A stretch of 64,000 nucleotides of DNA from contig JADGEZ010000004.1 in NCBI GenBank assembly GCA_016744115.1, forward strand, positions 29,079 through 93,078. The letters run 5' to 3'. Within the stretch, counting starts at the first letter, position 1. Every line of letters begins with the position of its first letter. Source of the DNA: Sulfurimonas sp. Its GTDB lineage: Bacteria > Campylobacterota > Campylobacteria > Campylobacterales > Sulfurimonadaceae. Shown one piece after another: positions 56,103 through 64,000 of this stretch. The notes below the pieces were generated by a model, which was given only the letters and a program-made list of their open reading frames with translations, was not told the origin of the DNA and did not search any database. A program made the position numbers and the translations under genes.

Positions 56103-57074
56103 ATGAGTAGAAACCAAAGCTATATATGTAGAAACATTCAAAGACTAGATATTTTTTTAGCACAAGAGATAGGGCAGACTCGTTCTCAAATAGCACAATT
56201 AATAAAACAATCTTGTGTATTTGTAGAAGAAAAAAAAGTGACTCGTCCAGGAGTAAAACTAAAAGTTAATCAAACAGTTAAAGTTGAATTTCCACAACCT
56301 AAGAAAAAAAAAGCCTTAGAAGTTGATTTTGATGTTGAAATTCTTTATGAAGATGATGATGTGTTAGTTATCAATAAACCAAGTGGTGTCACAGTTCATC
56401 CTGCACCAAGTGTTAAGGATGCTACTTTAGTAGATTGGTTAAAACATAAGGGCATTCGACTCTCAACCATTAGTGGCGAAGAACGACATGGGATAGTGCA
56501 TAGACTAGACAAAGGAACTAGTGGAACAATGATTGTAGCTAAAAACAATCTTGCTCATGAATTTTTGTCACAACAGCTTCAAAATAAAACTATGGGACGA
56601 TATTATCTCGCCGTTTTAAACCCACCTTTAAAAGAAAATATTACAACGATAGAGTGTAATATAGGTAGAAGTTCTCATAATCGTTTAAAAATGGCATGTA
56701 CCCAAACTGGGAAATATTCAAAAACTCAGTTTGCAACACTTTTACCATCTAATGATGAATCAGTACAACTTGTTGCTTGTAAATTATTTACAGGAAGAAC
56801 ACATCAAATTAGAGTCCATTTAGAGAGCATAAATAGACATATATTAGGAGATCATATTTATGGTTTGTCTCCTAAACAGGAAAAATCGGAACGAGTTTTG
56901 CTTCATGCATATATGATATATTTCATCCATCCAAGTACAAAAAAGAAGCTATCTTTTACAGCTAAATTTGATGAGGTGATGCAAACTTATATAAATAAAA
57001 AATTTAATTCGGAGCAAGTGAATGAAGTTACTCAATCTAGTTACATTCTTAATAGTTTTAATACTGACATTTAG
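56103..57074 (+). CDS. rluD: 23S rRNA pseudouridine synthase, RluD subfamily
   Basis: S4-like N-terminus, HRLDKGTSG catalytic motif, TGRTHQIRVH. Confidence 0.85.
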   Translation: MSRNQSYICRNIQRLDIFLAQEIGQTRSQIAQLIKQSCVFVEEKKVTRPGVKLKVNQTVKVEFPQPKKKKALEVDFDVEILYEDDDVLVINKPSGVTVHPAPSVKDATLVDWLKHKGIRLSTISGEERHGIVHRLDKGTSGTMIVAKNNLAHEFLSQQLQNKTMGRYYLAVLNPPLKENITTIECNIGRSSHNRLKMACTQTGKYSKTQFATLLPSNDESVQLVACKLFTGRTHQIRVHLESINRHILGDHIYGLSPKQEKSERVLLHAYMIYFIHPSTKKKLSFTAKFDEVMQTYINKKFNSEQVNEVTQSSYILNSFNTDI

Positions 57075-58395
57075 CGGATGTTTAGGAAACCCTAAGCCAA
57101 GTGATACACCAGTAATAGATCATACATTACCTCTTGTGACCCTTACTGCAACTGGAACTTTCGTGGATATGAAAGCAGTAGCTTTTGAGTGGAATAGCAT
57201 TAAAGATTCAAGGGTTCAAGGGATATATGTATATAAAAAGGCACTAGATGCACTAGATAATGAATATAAGTTTCACCATACCGTAAAAAATCGTTTTGTT
57301 ACACATTATGTTGATGATGATGTTCAACCACAAAGTAAGTATTCTTATTACTTTAAAACCTTTACTAAAGATTCGGAATCTAAACAAAGTAAAGAAGTAA
57401 CAGTAGAGACTCTTGGTTCTTTAGAATCAATCTCATGGATACATGTAGTTCAAAATATGCCAAAAAGTGCTAAAATTATTTGGAGACCACATACAAATCA
57501 AATTGTTGAAAAATATCTTATAGAAAGAAAAACACTTGAAGAAGATCAGTGGAGTGAATTAATAACTATAAATGGCAGGTTGTACGCTGAGTATATAGAC
57601 TCAAATTTAAAAGATAATTTTGTATATAAATACAGAATTAAAGTTATTACTTATAATGGAATTATTTCAAAAGCAAGTAAAGAAGTGAAAGTCCTTACAA
57701 AACCACTCCCTCAACAAATAGATAAAATTCAAGCCACAGATAATCTAGCTAAAAAAATCAGAGTTACATGGAGTAAAACTAATATAAAAGATTTTTCTCA
57801 TTATAATATTTATAGAGGAAATAGTATAGATGACAATTATTTTCTTCTGGCTAGAACTGCAAAAACTGAATTAATAGATGTTTTTAAAGAAGATGGAGAA
57901 GATTATTTTTATAGAATAAGTGCCATAGATAAGGATGGACTTGAGAGTAATTATGAAACTAAGTCAGCTCATGGAAAAACACTCTCAAAACCTCTCTCAC
58001 CATCTTTAGTTGAAGTTATTATGGTTGGGGATACTTTAGAGATTTCTTGGAGTTCTACGGATGCTAGAATAAAAAGTTATATAGTGAATAAAACAAGAAA
58101 AAAATCTTGGTTAAACTCTATTAGTGAAGAGTTTTTAAATATTAGGGCAACTAAGTTTATAGATAAAGCTATAGAGCCTAGTACTACATATTTTTATGAA
58201 ATTTTTAGTGTAGATGAATTTTCAATAAAATCACAACCAAGCATTCAAGTAAAATTTACAACAAGAAAAAATCAAGGAAAACTTCCTTCACCAAAAGAAA
58301 AAAAATCAGCTCCAATTCTTCGTAATATATCAACTCCTATAGAAAAAAAAGATGTGATACAAGTTATGGATGACTTAGATGTGAGTTCACTTTAA
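57022..58395 (+). CDS. Lipoprotein with repeated fibronectin-type-III-like domains
   Basis: Lipobox LTFSGC. Four ~90-aa beta modules, each ending in Y.Y....V/I ([32 protein letters not shown]). Confidence 0.6.
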   Translation: MKLLNLVTFLIVLILTFSGCLGNPKPSDTPVIDHTLPLVTLTATGTFVDMKAVAFEWNSIKDSRVQGIYVYKKALDALDNEYKFHHTVKNRFVTHYVDDDVQPQSKYSYYFKTFTKDSESKQSKEVTVETLGSLESISWIHVVQNMPKSAKIIWRPHTNQIVEKYLIERKTLEEDQWSELITINGRLYAEYIDSNLKDNFVYKYRIKVITYNGIISKASKEVKVLTKPLPQQIDKIQATDNLAKKIRVTWSKTNIKDFSHYNIYRGNSIDDNYFLLARTAKTELIDVFKEDGEDYFYRISAIDKDGLESNYETKSAHGKTLSKPLSPSLVEVIMVGDTLEISWSSTDARIKSYIVNKTRKKSWLNSISEEFLNIRATKFIDKAIEPSTTYFYEIFSVDEFSIKSQPSIQVKFTTRKNQGKLPSPKEKKSAPILRNISTPIEKKDVIQVMDDLDVSSL

Positions 58396-59567
58396 TGCCG
58401 CACCTTCACATAGAAGAATTTAAAAGTATTGATTTTCCTCAAACCCTTGATGGGGTTACTTTTAATTTTATTGTAAATAACATTAATCACAAAGATGAGA
58501 TGCTTGTCTCTACTAAAATAGATCAAGATGAGTTTTTTTTACTACTAAAGCAAGATGAAAGTAAAAAACTTTTAAAGTCAGATAAACTTACAAGACCAGC
58601 ATCAATATATAATGTACATAAGGCATTGTTGTCTTTTGCTAAACTTGCAAAATTGAATATACTCTCTTCTAATGTACCTGAGGTGAAAAAAAACATCCAT
58701 TTAGAAGAGCTGAACTCACTTAAAAAAATAGAATATTTTGTTGATTCCTTTCCAGAATCAAAAGATTTGCGAATTGAAGTAGGATTTGGTTCAGGTCGTC
58801 ACCTCTTACACCAAGCATCACAAAATAAGGATATACTTTTTATAGGTATTGAGATTCATAGACCTTCTATTGAACAAGTTCTCAAGCAAATATCTATTCA
58901 AAATTTAGATAATTTACTGATACTTGATTATGACGCAAGATTATTTATGGAGTTAGTTCCATCAAATAGAGTGGGAAAAATTTATGTACATTTTCCAGTT
59001 CCTTGGGATAAAAAACCTCACAGAAGAGTAATATCAACTACTTTTATACAAGAGGCAAACCGTGTTTTAAAAGTTGGTGGATGTTTAGAACTTAGAACAG
59101 ATAGTGAAAATTATTATGAATATTCTTACCAAACATTTATAAACTTTAATAAAACAACGCTGCATATAAATAAAAATAAAGAGATAGTTATAAGTTCTAA
59201 GTATGAAGATAGATGGAAAAAAATGGAGAAAAATATTTATGATCTAAGCATGATAAATGAAGAGGCTTCTCAAGAATTATCTATTGAAGGCACATTTGAA
59301 TTTTCTTTAGCTCGAATAAGTAAAGAAAATATTTTAAAACTTCACACAAAAATAGAAAAATTTGATACGAGTTTTATCCATTTTGAAAGAATATATATAG
59401 CAAATAACAACATCTTACTTCGTATCTCAATGGGAAGTTTTGATAGACCAGAACATTTATATGTCCTCATTAGTAATCAAAAAGCAATATATTTTCCGCA
59501 TTTACCTTTACGATCAAGAAGTAATATACGCGCACACAAGTATTTAAATGGAGTTTTACATGGATAG
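58395..59567 (+). CDS. trmB: tRNA (guanine46-N7)-methyltransferase, long form
   Basis: SAM-binding [10 protein letters not shown], plus [14 protein letters not shown]- and C-terminal extensions relative to the ~240-aa enzymes. Confidence 0.8.
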   Translation: MPHLHIEEFKSIDFPQTLDGVTFNFIVNNINHKDEMLVSTKIDQDEFFLLLKQDESKKLLKSDKLTRPASIYNVHKALLSFAKLAKLNILSSNVPEVKKNIHLEELNSLKKIEYFVDSFPESKDLRIEVGFGSGRHLLHQASQNKDILFIGIEIHRPSIEQVLKQISIQNLDNLLILDYDARLFMELVPSNRVGKIYVHFPVPWDKKPHRRVISTTFIQEANRVLKVGGCLELRTDSENYYEYSYQTFINFNKTTLHINKNKEIVISSKYEDRWKKMEKNIYDLSMINEEASQELSIEGTFEFSLARISKENILKLHTKIEKFDTSFIHFERIYIANNNILLRISMGSFDRPEHLYVLISNQKAIYFPHLPLRSRSNIRAHKYLNGVLHG

Positions 59568-60231
59568 AGTAATTATTGCTGAGGATTTGTCATTATCTTA
59601 TTCTGATGATGAAACAATTATTAATAAGATTAATTTTTCTGTTAATTCAGGGTGTTTTGTTTTTATAACAGGAGCTAGTGGAAGTGGTAAATCTACACTT
59701 TTAAAATCACTCTATGGAGCTTTAAAACCCGCTCAAGGAAGTTTAGTGGTTGGAGGTGTTGAGATTTCTAAGGTTTCAAAGTCAAAATTAAATTTTTTAA
59801 GAAGGCATATCGGAATAGTATTTCAAGATTACAAGCTTATTAAAGAATGGACGATAGAAAAAAATATCATGCTGCCACTCATAATAAATGGCTACGAAAA
59901 AAATGTTACTCAAAATCAAGTTGATTCTTTACTAAAACATGTAAGATTAAAACATCAGTCTGGAAAATATCCATTAGAATTAAGTGGTGGAGAACAGCAA
60001 CGAGTGGCAATGGCAAGAGCACTTTCTCATAACCCAATACTTATTTTAGCTGATGAACCTACTGGTAATCTTGATGATTATTCAGCAGGTTTGATTTGGA
60101 ACTTACTTGAGGGTGCAAACACTCAGTTAAAGACAACGGTAATCGTTGTCACACACAATATTCCTGAAACTATGAATATTGATTATAAGCATTTTCATAT
60201 AGAATATGGGAGTATTCATGAAGTCAATTAG
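59560..60231 (+). CDS. ftsE: Cell-division ABC ATPase FtsE
   Basis: Walker [10 protein letters not shown], signature LSGGEQQRV, Walker [13 protein letters not shown]. Followed by an FtsX-like gene. Confidence 0.85.
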   Translation: MDRVIIAEDLSLSYSDDETIINKINFSVNSGCFVFITGASGSGKSTLLKSLYGALKPAQGSLVVGGVEISKVSKSKLNFLRRHIGIVFQDYKLIKEWTIEKNIMLPLIINGYEKNVTQNQVDSLLKHVRLKHQSGKYPLELSGGEQQRVAMARALSHNPILILADEPTGNLDDYSAGLIWNLLEGANTQLKTTVIVVTHNIPETMNIDYKHFHIEYGSIHEVN

Positions 60232-61030
60232 AAACCACTTTTCATTAGTTGTTGCATTAGTAAGCATACTTTTTTCTATTCAAGTTTTTACTATTATTGA
60301 GCGTTCAATAAGTGCATATAAAGAAAATTTAGCGAGTAGTTATTCTATTATTGTAGTTTCTCAACTAAGTATTGATGAAAAAACTATGAAATCTTTTTCT
60401 TCTTTAGTAGATGAAGTGTCTGAATTAAATCCTGACCATGTTATTCAAAGATTAAATACTAAAATTGATCCTAAAAATCTTGAACTATTGAAGCTTACAT
60501 TACCAAATTTTTATAAGTTAAAGCTTACACATTTTCCTACTCCAACTGAAGTAGAGAACTTAACAAATAACCTGCTCAATAAAAAGTCTATAACAAAGGT
60601 AGAAAACTTCTCTCATAATCATGATAGTACATTTAAGCTACTTCTTTTATTTAAAGATGTTATCGCTGTTTTTTCGCTTTCTATGTTTGTAGTAACTATT
60701 CTTTTAATCATTAAAGAGCTTAAAATTTGGCAGTTTATGCACAATGAAAGAATGAGTATTATGGGTTTATTTGGTGCTCCAATTTGGCTTAGTTCAGCAG
60801 TATTATTTCGTTTGGCAATAGTTGATGCTATCATAGCAAGTATTTTAAGTTTTATACTTTTTACTTATCTTTCAACAAGTTTTTGGGTAGAAGAACAACT
60901 AAGTTATATTGGTATTGAAATTATCTTTTTTGATCAAGTGATGGATTTTGCAATACTCTCAGGTGTAGCATTATTTTTATCAGTTTTATTAGCACTTCTT
61001 ATAGTGATAGGGCATAAAGAAGAGGTATGA
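60218..61030 (+). CDS. ftsX: FtsX-like permease
   Basis: One N-terminal TM, a periplasmic loop, and three C-terminal TMs. Follows ftsE. ATG at 60218 preceded by GGGAG. Confidence 0.7.
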   Translation: MKSIRNHFSLVVALVSILFSIQVFTIIERSISAYKENLASSYSIIVVSQLSIDEKTMKSFSSLVDEVSELNPDHVIQRLNTKIDPKNLELLKLTLPNFYKLKLTHFPTPTEVENLTNNLLNKKSITKVENFSHNHDSTFKLLLLFKDVIAVFSLSMFVVTILLIIKELKIWQFMHNERMSIMGLFGAPIWLSSAVLFRLAIVDAIIASILSFILFTYLSTSFWVEEQLSYIGIEIIFFDQVMDFAILSGVALFLSVLLALLIVIGHKEEV

Positions 61031-62265
61031 TTAAGTTATTTCTTATTATCCATTTGTTTGTATATGCTTTAATAGCAAAAGAGGATATTGATAAGAAAAT
61101 TAAACTAACCGCTAGTAAAATTTCGACATTTAGTAAAAACTATACAACACTCAATAAAAAAATGGCAAAAAATGCAAAAGCTATTTTAAATAAAAGATTA
61201 AACATTCAAAAACAACAAAAATTTCTAAAAAACTTAGTAGTGCAACTTTTAGATAAAGAACTAAGTTATAAAGAAAATAAAGTAGAATTGAAAGATTTAA
61301 TGCAACATAATGAAAAGCTTAAAAATAGACAAAACATAATAGAAGAAGAGCTTATTTTTGTTATCGCACAAAGTGTTACATTTTCAGTTATACTTGAAGA
61401 TAATTATTCAGTTGATGAAGAATCTTTGATGGAGTTTGAAATTTTACACGAAATGTTGCAATATTCAAAAGAAAAAGCAGCATTATTAAATGATAAATTT
61501 TATAATAATTCAAAAGATATAGAGAAATTAAATAAACAATCAAAATCTTTAAAACAAGCCATAGACAATATAGACAAGAAAAGAAAGAAACTAAGTTCTA
61601 CGCAAAAAAGCAATAAAATTGCTCTTAAAAAACTTAAAGCAGATAAAAATTCGTATAAAAGAAAACTCAAAAAATTATTAAGTAAACATGATGAATTAAA
61701 AAAGACACTTTCTCATTTGAATATTATTAAAATTGATGAGATTAAAAAAACTAAAGAAGAAAAAAAGAGACAAATTGCTTTTAATAAAAAAGCATTTGAA
61801 AAAGAAAAAGAATTAGAGGATTATAATTTACCAAAAGTTAAAAAGCATGGAAGCAGTTATCAGGCAATTAAGACTAAAAGATACAAAGGTATTAAAACTA
61901 TAGCTCCCCTTGATTCATATAGCATCATCAAACAATATGGAACCTATACAGATCCTATTTACGGTATTAAAATATTTAATGAGTCTATCTCCTTAAAGCC
62001 AAAAAAGAAAAATTCAAAAGTAAAAACTGTGTTTAACGGCAAGGTTATATATGCAGACAAAACTGCTGTTTTAAATAATATCGTGATTATAGAGCATAGA
62101 AATGGTCTTCACACAATTTACGCAAATTTATCACAAATTTCTCCAAATATTAAAAAAGGTAAAAAGATTAAAAAAGGTTATTCTATAGGAAGAGTAAATG
62201 ATGAACTTATTTTTGAAGTAACGCAAAAATCGTATCATATAAATCCTATTCGTTTATTTCAATGA
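61027..62265 (+). CDS. EnvC-like murein hydrolase activator (coiled coil plus degenerate LytM/M23 domain)
   Basis: Long Lys-rich coiled coil. The C-terminal M23 fold has LIFEV where active enzymes have LHFE, and lacks the HxxxD motif. Follows ftsEX. Confidence 0.7.
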   Translation: MIKLFLIIHLFVYALIAKEDIDKKIKLTASKISTFSKNYTTLNKKMAKNAKAILNKRLNIQKQQKFLKNLVVQLLDKELSYKENKVELKDLMQHNEKLKNRQNIIEEELIFVIAQSVTFSVILEDNYSVDEESLMEFEILHEMLQYSKEKAALLNDKFYNNSKDIEKLNKQSKSLKQAIDNIDKKRKKLSSTQKSNKIALKKLKADKNSYKRKLKKLLSKHDELKKTLSHLNIIKIDEIKKTKEEKKRQIAFNKKAFEKEKELEDYNLPKVKKHGSSYQAIKTKRYKGIKTIAPLDSYSIIKQYGTYTDPIYGIKIFNESISLKPKKKNSKVKTVFNGKVIYADKTAVLNNIVIIEHRNGLHTIYANLSQISPNIKKGKKIKKGYSIGRVNDELIFEVTQKSYHINPIRLFQ

Positions 62266-62335
62266 TTTATGCGAATATAATAGATATATAAAATTTTTTT
62301 GATATAATGCTACAAAAAAAATAAAGAGAAATTTT

Positions 62336-63805
62336 ATGAACTTCATTCAAACTCGTGGATGCGATGCAAACAGAGTAATATCAGTTAGTTTTTCACAAGC
62401 TATTTTAAGCCCAATAGCTTCATTTGGAGGTCTTTATGTACCTGAGAATTTCCCTCATTTAGGAGAAGAATTTTTAAGTAAACATATAAACTCATCTTAT
62501 AAAGAACTTGCATCAGATTTATTGTCCCGTTTTGAAATAGATATTAGTCAAGATGTGATAGATGAAGCACTTGAACTTTATGATAAGTTTGATGATGTTA
62601 CGAATCCTGTACCTTTAGTTAAATTAAAAGAAAACCTTTATATAAGTGAGCTTTATCATGGACCTACTCGTGCATTTAAAGATATGGCACTCCAACCTTT
62701 TGGAAAAATTCTCTCTTGTGTAGCACAGAAAAGAGAAGAGAACTATCTTATATTAGTCGCTACTAGTGGTGATACAGGTCCAGCAGCCTTAGAGACTTTT
62801 AAAAATCAAAAAAATATTCAAGTAGTATGTTTGTATCCTGCCAATGGAACATCAGATGTTCAGAGACTTCAAATGGTTACGGAAGATGCAAGCAATCTTA
62901 AAGTCATTGGCATTAAAGGTAATTTTGATGATGCACAGTCAGCACTCAAAAATTTACTAGCATCGAAAAGTTTTATAAATAGACTAAAGGAAAGAAATAT
63001 CTCTTTATCTGCTGCAAACTCTGTTAATTTTGGAAGAATTATATTTCAAATTATTTATCATATTCATAATTATTTAGAATTACTAAGACAAGAGGCGATT
63101 GGCATAGGTGAAAAAGTATATTTAAATGTTCCTAGTGGTAATTTCGGTAATGTTTTAGGAGCTTATTATGCTATGCTAATGGGGCTTCCAGTTGAGAAAC
63201 TTCTTATATCTTCAAATGAAAATAACATCTTAACTCGTCTCATTCAAACAGGTATTTATGATATTAGAGATGCAGATTTAAAACAAACAACATCTCCTGC
63301 TATGGATATACTTAAATCATCAAATGTTGAAAGAGTACTCTTTAGTCTTTACGGATCAGATAGAACAAAAGAGCTAATGAATGATCTTGATAGTAAGCAT
63401 ATTTATACGCTTACTGCAAAAGAGCTAGAAAAATTACAAGAAATCTTTGTAGCAGATTTTTGTTCTGATATTGAGGGTAAAAAATATATAAAATCAGCCT
63501 TTAATGATGGATACTTAATGGATCCTCATACTGCGACATGCTTTAAAACTCATGAAACATTATCAAATCCAAATATAAAGAGTATCATCTACTCAACGGC
63601 TGAGTGGACAAAGTTTTCAACAGTAATAGCAAATGCTTTAACAGGCGAAGTTGATGCTAAAGACAGTGAAGCTTTAAAAGCTATATCTAAAGAAGCAAAT
63701 GTAGAGATACCAGAAATGATTAAAAGTTTATTTAATAAAAAAATAGTTCATGAAAGTATCATTGAAAAAGAAGATATTGAAAAAGAAATATTAAAGTTTT
63801 TATAG
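62336..63805 (+). CDS. thrC: Threonine synthase (long form)
   Basis: PLP Lys motif GPTRAFKDMALQ, ATSGDTGPA, and NSVNFGRI. Confidence 0.9.
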   Translation: MNFIQTRGCDANRVISVSFSQAILSPIASFGGLYVPENFPHLGEEFLSKHINSSYKELASDLLSRFEIDISQDVIDEALELYDKFDDVTNPVPLVKLKENLYISELYHGPTRAFKDMALQPFGKILSCVAQKREENYLILVATSGDTGPAALETFKNQKNIQVVCLYPANGTSDVQRLQMVTEDASNLKVIGIKGNFDDAQSALKNLLASKSFINRLKERNISLSAANSVNFGRIIFQIIYHIHNYLELLRQEAIGIGEKVYLNVPSGNFGNVLGAYYAMLMGLPVEKLLISSNENNILTRLIQTGIYDIRDADLKQTTSPAMDILKSSNVERVLFSLYGSDRTKELMNDLDSKHIYTLTAKELEKLQEIFVADFCSDIEGKKYIKSAFNDGYLMDPHTATCFKTHETLSNPNIKSIIYSTAEWTKFSTVIANALTGEVDAKDSEALKAISKEANVEIPEMIKSLFNKKIVHESIIEKEDIEKEILKFL

Positions 63806-63923
63806 CTTAGATTTCAAGTATATTGAATGTATAATTATTAAGGATTTAGTTTCTTGAAGCCTTTTTGTTATTTTAAATAGAATTTACATTATGTTAACCA
63901 CTATTAAAATATAGGAGTGTATA

Positions 63924-64000
63924 TTGGATACAGATAAAAACAAACTAATTAATGATATACAAAAATTGTTAAATTCATACGATGGTATATGTGAAACTTC
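63924..64000 (+). CDS. Possible 5' end of a gene running out of the window
   Basis: AGGAG 7 nt upstream of the TTG at 63924. The frame stays open to the window end (LDTDKNKLINDIQKLLNSYDGICET). Too short to judge. Confidence 0.25.
   Translation, partial: MDTDKNKLINDIQKLLNSYDGICET

Overview
AT-rich, gene-dense chromosomal window that reads like a Campylobacterota (epsilonproteobacterial, Sulfurimonas/Arcobacter-like) genome; this placement is inferred only from gene content and codon style. I support about 58 protein genes. Most are housekeeping: accD, thiE, rlmH, dksA, dus, a non-classical sdhA/sdhB plus CCG-domain subunit, thiL, truD, psd, ychF, ygiQ, mltA, recR, dapA, pyrD, ilvA, rluD, trmB, ftsE/ftsX/envC-like and thrC. 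I recognised no rRNA, tRNA or CRISPR array. Items worth a second look: (1) A glutamate-mutase-like S/E/L gene set (30665-33623) sits in one operon with a stand-alone amino-acid-type adenylating enzyme (33627-35201), with no methylaspartate ammonia-lyase in the window. It lies in a patch bounded by mobile-element debris, next to an RraA-like gene, an orphan Tat-signal TRAP solute receptor and a HIT hydrolase. This is my best candidate for an undescribed pathway. (2) An apparently uncatalogued ~268-bp nested-palindrome MITE-like element with 32-bp terminal inverted repeats and two long internal hairpins occurs as three full copies plus one deletion derivative between 17.5 and 37.5 kb. (3) A secreted protein with no His or Cys is roughly one-fifth methionine, built from MKMP repeats and translationally coupled to mltA. 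(4) A second REP-like hairpin family includes a 23-bp x4 tandem expansion. (5) A 55-aa rubredoxin gene is missing from the ORF track. (6) A batA-batB/C-batD plus two-lipoprotein envelope operon has its upstream side replaced by repeat and transposase wreckage. All functional calls come from by-eye motif recognition; no database search was possible.
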